Notes under the pieces: model-generated
The model's input: the letters and a program-made list of their open reading frames with translations, nothing else
Database searches by the model: none
What the model was told of the DNA's origin: nothing
NCBI GenBank assembly: GCA_965217775.1
Contig: CBDCJH010000002.1
Location: forward strand, 1,312,001 to 1,376,000
DNA: 64,000 bases
Reading direction: 5' to 3'
From: Acidobacteriota bacterium
GTDB lineage: Bacteria; Acidobacteriota; UBA6911; RPQK01; JAJDTT01
Made by a program: the position numbers and the translations under genes
Shown here: positions 29,633 through 39,744 of the stretch, piece after piece
Layout of the letters: every line of letters starts with the position of its first letter
How positions within the stretch are numbered: the first letter of the stretch is position 1

Positions 29633-30970
29633 ATGCTCCGAAAGATCTTGGTGATCATGCTTCTGCTTCTGTCCACTTCCTGGGCGGAGGACCGGAAATC
29701 GGGAGAGGCGGTCAGATACTGGCCTCAATGGAGAGGGCCGCTGGGGACCGGCGCAGCGCCTGAGGCGGATCCTCCGGTGCACTGGAGCGAATCCCGGAAC
29801 CTCCTTTGGAAGAAGGCCCTGCCGGGACTCGGACACTCGACCCCCGTTCTCTGGGGCCATCGGATATTCGTGACCGCGGCGGTCCCTACGGGCGACGCGC
29901 TGAAGCCCGTCTACGACGACGCGCCGGGCTCCCACGGCAACCTTCCGGTCACTCACCGACAGCGATTCGTAGTTCTGGCTCTCGATCGAGCCAACGGGGA
30001 CATCCTCTGGGAACGGACCGTACGCACCAGCCTCCCCCACGAGGGTGGACACTATACGTCCAGTCTGGCCTCGGCCTCGCCGCTCACCGACGGCGAGCGC
30101 GTGCTGGCCTACTTCGGCTCGCAGGGGGTCTACTGCCTCAGTCCGGAGGGTGAGCTGCAGTGGGAGAAGCAGATGGGGACCATGCGGACCAAACACGGAC
30201 ACGGAGAAGGAAGCTCTCCGGTCCTGTACGGGGAGACGCTGGTCATCAACTGGGACCACGAGGGTCAATCTTTCGTCGTCGCGCTGGACAAGAGAACCGG
30301 GAAGGAACTTTGGAAGATCCCTAGGAACGAGGTGACTTCTTGGGCGACTCCCATAGCCGTCGAGCAGGACGGTAGGGTTCAGGTCATCGTCGCCGGCACC
30401 AGCCGAGTCCGCGGATACCACCTGGAAACGGGCGAGATGATCTGGGAATGTGGTGGGCTGGCGGCCAATATCGTGGCCTCACCCGTGGCAGGAGATGGAA
30501 TGGCGTTTGTGGGCAGCAGCTACGACAAGAGGGTCCTGCTGGCGATCCGTCTGTCCGGCGCCCGGGGAGACATCACGGGAACGGACCGGGTGCCGTGGAC
30601 CCGGAGACGCACCACGCCGTACGTGCCTTCGCCTCTGCTGTATGACGGCGTCCTCTATTTCTTGGCGCACTACCAGAGCGTTTTGACCCGGGTTGACGCC
30701 CGGACCGGCCGGGAGCGGCCCGGACCCTTGCGCCTTCCCGGCATCGGCAACGTCTACGCCTCTCCAGTGGCCGCGGCGGAACGGATCTACGTCACGGACC
30801 TCAGTGGGGCCACCCTGGTCCTGAGTCATTCCGAGACTCCGGAGGCGCTCGCCGTCAACCGGCTGGATGACAGCTTCAGCGCTTCGGTGGCGCTGGCCGG
30901 CCGGCAACTCTATCTAAGGGGCGAAAAGAACCTCTACGCCATCGGACCCGCACCCATGGCCGCGCCTTGA
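29633..30970 (+). CDS. PQQ-like beta-propeller repeat protein, secreted
   Basis: WPQWRGP, LPGLGHSTP, HGEGSSP, YVPSP, YASPV; paralog of 934-2328. Confidence 0.85.
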   Translation: MLRKILVIMLLLLSTSWAEDRKSGEAVRYWPQWRGPLGTGAAPEADPPVHWSESRNLLWKKALPGLGHSTPVLWGHRIFVTAAVPTGDALKPVYDDAPGSHGNLPVTHRQRFVVLALDRANGDILWERTVRTSLPHEGGHYTSSLASASPLTDGERVLAYFGSQGVYCLSPEGELQWEKQMGTMRTKHGHGEGSSPVLYGETLVINWDHEGQSFVVALDKRTGKELWKIPRNEVTSWATPIAVEQDGRVQVIVAGTSRVRGYHLETGEMIWECGGLAANIVASPVAGDGMAFVGSSYDKRVLLAIRLSGARGDITGTDRVPWTRRRTTPYVPSPLLYDGVLYFLAHYQSVLTRVDARTGRERPGPLRLPGIGNVYASPVAAAERIYVTDLSGATLVLSHSETPEALAVNRLDDSFSASVALAGRQLYLRGEKNLYAIGPAPMAAP

Positions 30971-31136
30971 AGACCTCTTCGATTCACGGCAACTGCTCTG
31001 CCGGATCGGAATCCAATCGGACCTCCACGGGCAATGTCGTCTGTTGGTTTGCCCGCATTTCGGGCAGCGAATTGGCGGAGTGCGGCGAGCTTCGGCTACA
31101 CTGGTGGCGCACAAATCTCCAATCATCCGAAAGACC

Positions 31137-32411
31137 GTGAAGCCGTTTCGTTTCGTGCACGCTGCCGATTTGCATCTCGACAGCCCTTTTACGGGCTTGA
31201 AGTCCAGTGTGCCGGAGCATGTTGCCACGAGTCTTCGGCAAGCGACCTTCAACGCCTACGACAACATCGTCGAACTCTGCGTCTCGGAAGGCGTGGACGC
31301 GCTTCTCATCGCGGGAGACGTCTACGACGGCGCCGACCGCAGCCTGCGGGCTCAGCGCCGGTTCATCGACGGTCTCGACCGGCTCCACCAAGCCGGCATC
31401 CGTTCGTTCGTCTGCCATGGCAATCACGATCCCCTGGACGGTTGGGAGGCACGACTGGCGTATCCCCCGAGCTGTCATCGGTTCGGGTCCGAGTTCCAGG
31501 CAGTTCCGGTCTTCGAGGACGATCCCGAGGCCGCCGTCGTGCACGGTGTGAGTTACCCGACCCGCAATGTCCGAAGGAACCTGGTCTGCCGGCTGGGCCA
31601 AGTGGATTCCCGATCCTTCAACATCGGTCTGCTTCACGCCAACGTGGACAACGATTCGAACCATAGGGCGTTTGCTCCCTGCTCTCTGAGCGACCTGGTG
31701 GAGACGGGAGTCGACTATTGGGCGCTGGGACATGTCCACACTCGACGGGTGCTGAATCCACAGAGCCCGACCGTCGTCTACCCGGGGAATCCACAGGGCA
31801 GGCACCTGAATGAGACCGGGCCCCGCGGAGTGTATCTGGTCACGGTGGACGGATCGGGTCGGACCGATCTCGATTTTCGGCCCGTGGACACGGTTCGCTG
31901 GGAGCGGATGATTCTCGATATCGGCGAGACCGACACGGAACAGAATCTGCTGGATGAGCTGCACCGGCGTATCGGGGAAGCTCTCGAACACGGAGAGGGC
32001 CGTTCGCTGGTGTTGCGGATGACGCTGTCCGGACGTGGAGAGCTGCACCGTTTCCTGCGTCAACCCGGGTCCGTCGACGACTTGGCGGATGAATTGAAAC
32101 GGGCTTCGGCCAACCTGCACCCCTTCGCCTGGTGTGAGCGGATCGAAGACCGCACGGCAGGGCCGTTCGATCGGAGCGTACGCCTTCGGGGATCCGATTT
32201 CGTGGCGGATCTGCTCCGTCTCTGCGACCAGTCGAAGCAGGATCCCGAGTTGCTGGGACAACTTCGAGAGAGTCTCTCCGAGCTCTTTCATCATTGGAAA
32301 TACAGGCGGTACTTGAAGGACGCTATTCCGGATGATCCGGCCCTGTGCTCGCTACTGGACGAGGCCGAGTCCATGGCCTTGAACCTGCTGATCGAGGACG
32401 ACGGGTCGTGA
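31137..32411 (+). CDS. YhaO/SbcD-like DNA repair exonuclease (metallophosphoesterase)
   Basis: HAADLHLDSP, AGDVYD, GNHD, YWALGHVH, YPGNPQGR. Confidence 0.9.
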   Translation: MKPFRFVHAADLHLDSPFTGLKSSVPEHVATSLRQATFNAYDNIVELCVSEGVDALLIAGDVYDGADRSLRAQRRFIDGLDRLHQAGIRSFVCHGNHDPLDGWEARLAYPPSCHRFGSEFQAVPVFEDDPEAAVVHGVSYPTRNVRRNLVCRLGQVDSRSFNIGLLHANVDNDSNHRAFAPCSLSDLVETGVDYWALGHVHTRRVLNPQSPTVVYPGNPQGRHLNETGPRGVYLVTVDGSGRTDLDFRPVDTVRWERMILDIGETDTEQNLLDELHRRIGEALEHGEGRSLVLRMTLSGRGELHRFLRQPGSVDDLADELKRASANLHPFAWCERIEDRTAGPFDRSVRLRGSDFVADLLRLCDQSKQDPELLGQLRESLSELFHHWKYRRYLKDAIPDDPALCSLLDEAESMALNLLIEDDGS

Positions 32412-35400
32412 GAATACAGGGGTTCCGGATCGAAGGCTTCGGCCGATTCGCCGACCACGCCGTCGGGCCTTTCGACCATCCCGTCACACTGATCTACGGC
32501 CCCAACGAGGCGGGGAAGAGCACTTACCTGGCATTTATCCGCACCATCCTCTTCGGGTTTCCCCGTCGCCTTGGAAACCAGCACTACCCGCCGCTGTCGG
32601 GTGGCCGTCACGGTGGACGAATCGATCTTGTCAGCGGCGACGGCAGTCGCTACTCGGTGCATCGAATCCAAGGCCGAGGCGCCGGGCCCGTCACGACCAC
32701 AGGCGCCGGTGGAGAAAATCTCGACGAGAGAGTGCTGGCCCAACTTCTGGGACACCACAGCCGCGACGTCTTCGAGAGTGTCTTCGCCTTCACGCTCGAA
32801 GAACTCCACAGTGGCGACCTGCTGGGGAAATCGAGCGTGAACCGCCAGATCTACAGTGCCGGCATGGGAGTCACGAAGCTCCCCGCGGTGATGCGGACGC
32901 TCCAATCGGAGAGGGAAGCTCTGTTCCGCAAAGGGGGGAGCGTCAACCGGATCGCCCGTACGGCCCGAAAATTGGGTGAAATCGAGGCGAGGCTCCGAGG
33001 CATTGCGACCAACGCCGCAGCGTACGGTCGCCTCACGACCCGTCTCCAAGAGGTCGAGGCCAGACTGGTGGCCCTGAATCAGATCCGCCGTCACGGCCAG
33101 AATCGGCTCGACCGCCGGCGCCAGCTTCAGGATGCCTGGGAAGATTGGAACGACCTGATCACCATCGAGAGGCAGTTGTCCGAACTTCCGGCGATAGACG
33201 ACTTCCCGGCCGACGGCATACGCCGGCTGGAGGCCCTGGAGGAGCGGTTGAGGGGGGCAAGGCGGGAATACGATTCCGCCCGCACCAGCGTCGAGGAGGT
33301 CAAGTCGAAGACGACCGTCCGAATTGAGCATGACGCCATCGTCGACAGAACTGACGAGGTCCGGAACCTGGGGCGCCTCCGCGGGGCGTTCGACCAGTCG
33401 GTGCGCGATCTTCCCAAGCGGCAAGCGGAACTCGAGAACTACCAGAATGATCTGGCCAAGACCCTCCGGGAATTGGGACCGGATTGGGACCAACAGCGGC
33501 TGGACCACTTCGACCTCTCGCTCGCTGTCCGCGAGGAGATATCACGGCACGAGGAACGGCTGCGGCAGGCACGGGAGGGGTTGGGGCGTAGCGAGTCGGA
33601 TTTAGAGCAGGCGCAAGCCCGACTGAACGAGGCGTCCCATTCGGTGGAAAGAGCGAAAGAGGAGTTGGAATCCGCGCCCAGGCCGAAGTATGACGCAGCC
33701 GGGATCAGGCGGCGGCGAAATCAGATTCGAATGGCCAGGGTCCAGTTGGACCGGTATGCCCGGGAGGCCCAGCGTGCTGCGGACCTGAAGCGGCAACTGG
33801 ACGGTGTCTACCAGACGGGTTCTCCAAAGGCAGCGAGCGACATGAAGTGGCTCCCCGTCCTGTGCGCGGCGTTCGGCATCGCCCTGGCCGTGGCCGGAAC
33901 CATGGCCGGCGGGACGGTCTTGGCCATGGGCATGGTCACGAGCCTGTTCCTGATCGGCTTGGCGGTCTACCTCCATGTCCGAAACCGTTCCGATTCCGGA
34001 ATGGCGGAATCGCCGATTGCAGGTCCGATCCGCCGGTCGCTCGAAGCTGCCCGGCGGCGACTCGTGACCATACGATCCGAGCTGGATGAGACTGCCGCCG
34101 AGATGGGCCTCCGGGGGATCAATGAGTCCGTCCTCACCGGCGCCGAGGAGACGTTGGATGCGGAGAGCTCACGTCTCGTACAGTGGGAACGGCTGCGGGA
34201 GGTCTTGGATCGGGGCAAGGGGTCCCTGCAAAGGCGGGCGGCCAGGAAGGACGAAAAGGCCGAGAACGTCGAGCGGGCGCTACGGCGAGTCGACGCCGCG
34301 AAGCAGGCGTGGGAGGCCTGGCTCGGAGAGCGCAGTTTGCGGACGACCTTCAACCCGGAGGCCATGGGCGAGCTTCGAGGGCAGGTCGAACTGGGACGGA
34401 ACCAATTCTCCGAGGTTCGAAACTGGCGCCAACGGATCACGGCGATTCAGGAAGATATCGATTCATACACGGCGATGGTGGCGTCGCTGGCTTCGTCCTT
34501 CGAGGTCGAATTCGATCCCGGCGATGGTCAAGCGGTCGCCGCAGCGGCCGACACGTTGATCGATCTGCATGGACGGGTGGCGCAAAGGGTGAGGGATCGA
34601 TCCAACGCGGCTGACGACCTCCGGATGGCGGAGCGGGAGTTGCAGGAGCGGTACCAGCAACTGTCCGACGCCGAGGCCGAGATGGCTGGTCTTTTGCAGT
34701 CGGGGGGCGCCACGGATGCCGAGCACTTCAGGAGACGAGCCGAACGGTTCCGCCAGCGCACCGAACTCGGCGAGCGAAAGCGCGAGGTCGGGGGTCGGCT
34801 CCAGCGAATCAGCGGTCCGGGCGAGCATCTGCAATCGCTGGAGGAGAGACTCGAGAACACGGATCTTCAGTCGATCCTCGCCTGTATCAACGAGGTGCGC
34901 GACGAACTCGCCGAAGCCGACGAAGAGATCCAGACCCTCTCCACCGAACGCGGCGGAATCCGTAACGATCTGGACCGGCTCATCGGAGAGGAAGAGTCCT
35001 CAGGATGGCGAATGGAACGTCATCTGCTCCTGGAACAGATCCGGGGTCATGCCCGGGAATGGGTGATTCGCACGCTGGTCCACCGGCTGTTGGAAACGGC
35101 CCAGAACAAGTTCGAGAGGGAACGGCAGCCTGGCGTCGTCCGTCATGCCGAACGATTCTTCGGGCGGATCACCGGGGGCCGATACCCGCAGGTGTACGCT
35201 CCCCTGGGAGAACGGACGATCATCGTCACCGACGGTACCGGTCGCCGGAAGTCGCCCCAAGAGTTGAGCCGGGGAACTCGGGAACAGTTGTTCCTGTCGT
35301 TACGTTTCGGGCTGATCCGGGAACTGGGCCAGCGGACGGAACCGTTACCCGTGGTCGTGGACGAAGTCCTGGTGAATTTCGATCCGGACCGTGCATTGCG

Positions 35401-35530
35401 GGCGGCACGCGCCTTCGTTGAGTTGTCTCGGACCAACCAGGTCCTGGTCTTTACCTGCCACCCGACGGTGGTTGAATTATTCCAAGAGGCAGCGGGAGAG
35501 ATGAGCCCGGATTTGATCCGCGTTGGGTAG
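32408..35530 (+). CDS. YhaN-like AAA/SMC-type ATPase with internal TM hairpin
   Basis: YGPNEAGKST Walker A, long coiled coils, LSRGTREQL signature, VVDEVLVNFD, FTCH. GTGA overlap with the exonuclease. Confidence 0.9.
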   Translation: MRIQGFRIEGFGRFADHAVGPFDHPVTLIYGPNEAGKSTYLAFIRTILFGFPRRLGNQHYPPLSGGRHGGRIDLVSGDGSRYSVHRIQGRGAGPVTTTGAGGENLDERVLAQLLGHHSRDVFESVFAFTLEELHSGDLLGKSSVNRQIYSAGMGVTKLPAVMRTLQSEREALFRKGGSVNRIARTARKLGEIEARLRGIATNAAAYGRLTTRLQEVEARLVALNQIRRHGQNRLDRRRQLQDAWEDWNDLITIERQLSELPAIDDFPADGIRRLEALEERLRGARREYDSARTSVEEVKSKTTVRIEHDAIVDRTDEVRNLGRLRGAFDQSVRDLPKRQAELENYQNDLAKTLRELGPDWDQQRLDHFDLSLAVREEISRHEERLRQAREGLGRSESDLEQAQARLNEASHSVERAKEELESAPRPKYDAAGIRRRRNQIRMARVQLDRYAREAQRAADLKRQLDGVYQTGSPKAASDMKWLPVLCAAFGIALAVAGTMAGGTVLAMGMVTSLFLIGLAVYLHVRNRSDSGMAESPIAGPIRRSLEAARRRLVTIRSELDETAAEMGLRGINESVLTGAEETLDAESSRLVQWERLREVLDRGKGSLQRRAARKDEKAENVERALRRVDAAKQAWEAWLGERSLRTTFNPEAMGELRGQVELGRNQFSEVRNWRQRITAIQEDIDSYTAMVASLASSFEVEFDPGDGQAVAAAADTLIDLHGRVAQRVRDRSNAADDLRMAERELQERYQQLSDAEAEMAGLLQSGGATDAEHFRRRAERFRQRTELGERKREVGGRLQRISGPGEHLQSLEERLENTDLQSILACINEVRDELAEADEEIQTLSTERGGIRNDLDRLIGEEESSGWRMERHLLLEQIRGHAREWVIRTLVHRLLETAQNKFERERQPGVVRHAERFFGRITGGRYPQVYAPLGERTIIVTDGTGRRKSPQELSRGTREQLFLSLRFGLIRELGQRTEPLPVVVDEVLVNFDPDRALRAARAFVELSRTNQVLVFTCHPTVVELFQEAAGEMSPDLIRVG

Positions 35531-35607
35531 ATTCCGGTCAAGTTTCCACGAAGGTCGGACAGGACCAGGTTCGGCAATCAGTGGAGGGTACTGGAACAGC
35601 GGTGAAC

Positions 35608-35691
35608 GTAGGGGCACCCCTTGTGGGTGCCCGCTGTCGCTCCTTGCTGATCGGCCCGGGCAGGGCGACCACACACAAGGGTCGCCCCTAC
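35608..35691. repeat. Inverted REP doublet (REPIN-like)
   Basis: GTAGGGGCACCCCTTGTGGGTGCCC (35608-35632) faces GGGCGACCACACACAAGGGTCGCCCCTAC (35663-35691). Confidence 0.78.
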
Positions 35692-35701
35692 GCTCATTCC
35701 T

Positions 35702-35920
35702 GTGAAAACCGTGAAAACCGGGTTGACATTGGGTGTCCGCAACTTGTTCAATGTTGTTCCCGACGAGAACACAGTTGGACAGTCGCGGAGTGGGCGACTC
35801 GAAGATTCCGCTGGCAATTTGATCATCGACTCGCCGGGCATCTTCGTCTTCTCGCGCCGGTCTGCCCCGTTCGGCTTCAACGGTGGATTTCTCTACGCTC
35901 GCTACAGTGTTCGGTGGTAA
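35702..35920 (+). pseudogene. C-terminal remnant of a TonB-dependent receptor
   Basis: LTLGVRNLFNVVPD...APFGFNGGFLYARYSVRW is a typical TBDR C-terminus. No N-terminal part is present upstream. Confidence 0.7.
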
Positions 35921-35958
35921 CCAATTGCAAATGTGAACGTGGAACGGAGTTGAAGCAG

Positions 35959-36792
35959 ATGAAGAAGAAGATCGCATCTCTCGCCATTTTGGTGTTCGGA
36001 TTTCAGGGCATGGCAGCAGCCCAGGATTCCATCTATTCGGCATCCGGAGATCTCGTCTTCGCCAGCAAGTACATCTGGCGCGGGCTGCGAGCGACCAATG
36101 ACTGGAGCCTGCAGCCGGCGATGACCCTGGGAATCGGCGGCTTCTCCGCCAATGTCTGGGGGACGATGGACCTGACCGCCGTAAACCCGGGCGATGCCTT
36201 GCCGATCCAGCCTGGTGACGGGCTCAAGGGGAAGTTTTCCGAAGTCAATTACGTCTTTTCCTACGATCACTCTTTTGAAGGCGCCACGGTCAGCGCGGGC
36301 ACCATTATCTATGTCTTTCCCGAACGGTCGGCTTCGCTGCCTGGGACCACCGAGATCTACGGAGGAGTGAGCCTGGATTCGGTGCCTCTGGCTCCTTCGT
36401 TTACTCTCCATGTGGATATGGACGAGAGCCAAGCCGGCGGTGGAAGCGCCGGACTGTACTTTCTTATCGCAGCCGGACACAGTTTCCCGCTCCAGCACGA
36501 CGTCCTGACCAGTTTCGACTTGTCCGCAACCGTGTCGCTCGTAAACGCCGGGTACACTGATTTCTTTTATAGTGTGAGTTCCGGCGGTTTCCATGACGCC
36601 AATATCACGGCGACCCTTCCCTTCACCATCAACGACAACTGGTCCGCCGGGGTTTTCGTCACCTATAGCGGCCTCATCGGCCAAGCGATTCGAGACAGCC
36701 AGTTGCAGGACCCGCGGCAACCAGCGAAACCTAGCGGCGCCTATCTGGCAGATACGCTCTGGGGTGGTTTCAGCCTGAGCGTCTCGTTCTAG
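35959..36792 (+). CDS. Putative outer-membrane beta-barrel (TorF/MipA-like)
   Basis: Signal peptide MKKKIASLAIL, SKYIWRG, SLQP, EVNY, TEIYGGVS; ends GFSLSVSF. Confidence 0.7.
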   Translation: MKKKIASLAILVFGFQGMAAAQDSIYSASGDLVFASKYIWRGLRATNDWSLQPAMTLGIGGFSANVWGTMDLTAVNPGDALPIQPGDGLKGKFSEVNYVFSYDHSFEGATVSAGTIIYVFPERSASLPGTTEIYGGVSLDSVPLAPSFTLHVDMDESQAGGGSAGLYFLIAAGHSFPLQHDVLTSFDLSATVSLVNAGYTDFFYSVSSGGFHDANITATLPFTINDNWSAGVFVTYSGLIGQAIRDSQLQDPRQPAKPSGAYLADTLWGGFSLSVSF

Positions 36793-36822
36793 TCGTTGGG
36801 CGCTGAACCGAATCGTATTGCG

Positions 36823-37010
36823 ATGCAGTTACCAAGGGTTGTGTTGCGCGCCGTCAGCGGCGTTCTGGCGGCCGTGGTTCTCATCGGCATGGTGGCCGGG
36901 GCCGGGGCGCAGCCACGCCAGTCCCGCTGGTACGTGGGCGGAGGGGCCGGGGTGAACTGGCCGTCCAGGATGGAGCAGGAGGGCCACAATCTGGATACCA
37001 CCTGCTATCC
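36823..37010 (+). pseudogene. 5' half of a small outer-membrane beta-barrel gene, interrupted by the integrated element
   Basis: Signal peptide, then WYVGGGAGVNW...TTCYP. The frame runs into element DNA and stops at 37050, but continues in frame after attR. Confidence 0.8.
36999..37010 (+). repeat. attL core (CACCTGCTATCC)
   Basis: Exact 12-bp direct repeat of 46731-46742; 14/15 identical when extended (CGA versus GGA). Confidence 0.85.
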
Positions 37011-37116
37011 CGATCAGCCGCTCCTGATAATTGACCATTATGGGGGATAGCTTGGGGATTATCAAATTCTCCCCGGCCGCGGTGGATGGGGAACATGTCG
37101 AAGGGAGGACTAGAAG

Positions 37117-37542
37117 ATGAGTTGCAAAGGACGATGTTTGGTCAGAACGAAGAACCCACGAACGGCGGAGGAGTTGATAAATTTGAGGCTCGATGGCCTT
37201 TGGGTCCGAGAGTTTCTGTGGCCGATGCCAAAGGACGGCGGCAGCGCCCACATCTGCCGGTCCTGTTACAAAAAGGCAGAGGTCATGCCGCAAGACGACG
37301 ACGCCAGACGGTTACGCGAGAGAAGGCGCGCCGCAGGCGACGGTCGGCACTCTACTGGTGACAACCGGATCATCGACTTGGTATTGGGGATCTCCATGCG
37401 ACTGGAGATCTGCCGTATACCGGGTTTCGACTTCATTTACTTCTGTGAGTGGTGCGAAACTCAAGAACTTGGTCTGATCGCTGACACAGAGGCTCTGGAG
37501 CGGCTGCCGGAAGATTGCCACTTCAAGAGCATCTCCGACTGA
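37117..37542 (+). CDS. Element hypothetical protein with CxxC pairs
   Basis: GGAGGA RBS; CKGRC, CRSC and CEWC motifs. Confidence 0.55.
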   Translation: MSCKGRCLVRTKNPRTAEELINLRLDGLWVREFLWPMPKDGGSAHICRSCYKKAEVMPQDDDARRLRERRRAAGDGRHSTGDNRIIDLVLGISMRLEICRIPGFDFIYFCEWCETQELGLIADTEALERLPEDCHFKSISD

Positions 37543-38191
37543 CGCCTGCGGTGAACTAGCCCCTGTCACCGGAAAATGGTAAGGTGAGGGCCGAGTCGGA
37601 CAGGGTGCTACCACACTGGGACTTTCAAGCTAACCCCTTGCACCCTGTCCGTGTTCCATCTTCTGTCAGGGGTTCCAGATAGAATTCCCGGCAGCTTGAA
37701 AGTTCTATCTCGGGACATTTCCAACATCCTGGATAACAGCCTCAAGCCGCGTTCGTTTGCTGTGGTCCATGCGCGGGCCGGACGCTCGATCAAGGCGATC
37801 TCCAACAGCGGGATCGACGGCGTGACACGGGACCTTCAAATCACGCGCGGCAACCCCCACGCAACGGGTAAACAGGCTCGTGCCTGCCTCGAAGCTGGGT
37901 CCAGGGCCGGAGGGGTGGTGGGTACAGTGGCCACCATGGAAATGTGCTGGACTACCGCAAGCAGGCAACTCCTGAACTAGCGGGCTCAAGATCTAACAGG
38001 GAAGTCAGACGGGGAACGGTTCACGCCTCGCGCGTAGGATCTGAAGACCCCTCTGATTTTTCCGATCCGCCGTAGGCGGGGGAGGAGAAAGCAGACGGGG
38101 TTCCCTAATTGCAGTACCCAATCTTTCCCCCGGTATGGTCCTGGGGTTAGTCAAGGGAGAAGGTGTGGTCAGAGGAAAAGGAGATTGAGTC

Positions 38192-38398
38192 ATGGCTGAA
38201 ACACTGTCCACTGAATTGGAAACCCTCCTCAGGCAAGAACGCATGATTCGTGAGTTCGTGCTGTCCCTTGATGGCAGTGACTCATTCACCCGTGAGATTC
38301 GTGATTTGGCGGAGGGACACCGCGTGGAGCAACTGAAGTCAATCCGGGACAATATCGAGAAGCAGGCCCAACCTGTGGTGAAGGGTCCATGCAAATAG
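38192..38398 (+). CDS. Element hypothetical protein (68 aa, helical)
   Basis: AGGAGA upstream of ATG; co-oriented with the element operon. Confidence 0.5.
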   Translation: MAETLSTELETLLRQERMIREFVLSLDGSDSFTREIRDLAEGHRVEQLKSIRDNIEKQAQPVVKGPCK

Positions 38399-38426
38399 GC
38401 ACCAGCCTAATTGCAGGGTGTAGAAC

Positions 38427-38750
38427 ATGACGTGGCGAAAGGAGTCCGACATTGTGGACAACTGCCGACGCTGTGACGCCACCCTAAGCGATGGCTGCCT
38501 CCCTTCTCCTTGCGGCAAGCTGGAAGGCGGCTCTCAGGATTCCGGGGCCACATTGTGCCCCACGTGCCGAATGCTCTACTTCAGGGAGGCGGGAAAGCGA
38601 TCCGGCAGGATACGGCGACGGTGGCGGGAGGATCGGGATATCGGGATCGCCCACTTCAAGAAGGAGGGGATGACGAATAAACGGATTGCCGAGATTTCCG
38701 AGTGTTCCGAGCGCACTGTCTACTACGCCCTCAAGCGTCTTAACATCTGA
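38427..38750 (+). CDS. Zn-ribbon plus C-terminal HTH regulator
   Basis: CRRC...CPTC, then GMTNKRIAEISECSERTVYYALKR helix-turn-helix. Confidence 0.7.
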   Translation: MTWRKESDIVDNCRRCDATLSDGCLPSPCGKLEGGSQDSGATLCPTCRMLYFREAGKRSGRIRRRWREDRDIGIAHFKKEGMTNKRIAEISECSERTVYYALKRLNI

Positions 38751-39236
38751 TCCTGCTACAATGAACCCCGCTTGAATCCAGAGCAACCAGGTCTCCATAA
38801 CATGACCTTGGAGGCCAACCAGGGCCGGGTCCATAGCTATGCTGCGACCAGGCTCGGCCCTGATCCTTCCCTCCTTCCTTCCCATCCTAAAAAGAAGTAC
38901 CGTCACCGGTCTTTTTACTAACTTCCAAGTGTGTTGATCTTTGATCGAGGGATTCTGCACACTCGAAATCGTGAGGACTTCAATCGTCAAGCGATGGGGA
39001 CCACGGACCACGACGCCTTCCTACTGGGGGTCTGTGTTGAGACCGGAATGGATCGCGTCCATGCGAAGGCACCGTCTCCACGAGCAGACCCGGCGGATTG
39101 CCTTGCCCTTCCTGGACCGAAACCAACCCGGTGCGCCTCGTAGTCTGATGTCCACGGAAGAGGCGTGGCTGCGGCTCAAGACTGCCGACCAGCTCATCCG
39201 CAAAGGCATCACCGAGTCCAGCAATGGAGAGGCCCG

Positions 39237-39623
39237 ATGAGCGTCCGGATCGGGATGGTCAATGAGAAGGAGGTCTTGTCCTCCATCGACCGGGTCATGC
39301 CCCGCGTTGAGACGGAGCTGACCACGGCCTTGGACGACGGCTTAGTATCAGCATTGCATCACTCTGAGCGCCGTGTGCCGGAGCGCACTGGTGATCTCAA
39401 GAGCACGGGCCGAGTGACCAAAACAGAGAAGGTAGGTGGCACTATCCTACGTGCTGAGATCGGCTATGGCGGCAAGGCGGCATCGGGACGGCAGGTTAAC
39501 TACGCCATCGAGCAGCATGAGAGCGTTCACAGTTCCGGAAGGAAGTACCTGCAAACCGCTATGGAACGTGCGGATCTTCCCGGTCGACTCGACAAGGCGA
39601 TGGCGAAGGCGCTGGGACTATGA
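39237..39623 (+). CDS. HK97-gp10-like neck/tail-completion protein
   Basis: VPERTGDLKS, IGYG, NYAIEQHE and KYLQTAM pattern. Confidence 0.65.
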   Translation: MSVRIGMVNEKEVLSSIDRVMPRVETELTTALDDGLVSALHHSERRVPERTGDLKSTGRVTKTEKVGGTILRAEIGYGGKAASGRQVNYAIEQHESVHSSGRKYLQTAMERADLPGRLDKAMAKALGL

Positions 39624-39744
39624 CGGCGGCACCGGGGCACATAGTCACCTTGGGGACCCCTGTCCGGCTCGATCCGGCCCAGCCGGGCGGCGGGGTGGGG
39701 GTCAGCATCGAGTGCATGGAAAACGTTTTTACGGAGAGCCTGAA

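Noticed and set aside
38931-39240. Overlapping small ORFs (70 aa and 99 aa) as TerS or holin
   Set aside because: They show no motif or TM support and the frames conflict, so I left them unannotated.
39436-39744. Longer 658-aa start for the terminase
   Set aside because: It overlaps the gp10-like gene out of frame and reads as non-protein-like sequence. GTG 39745, with GGAGAG upstream, is more plausible.
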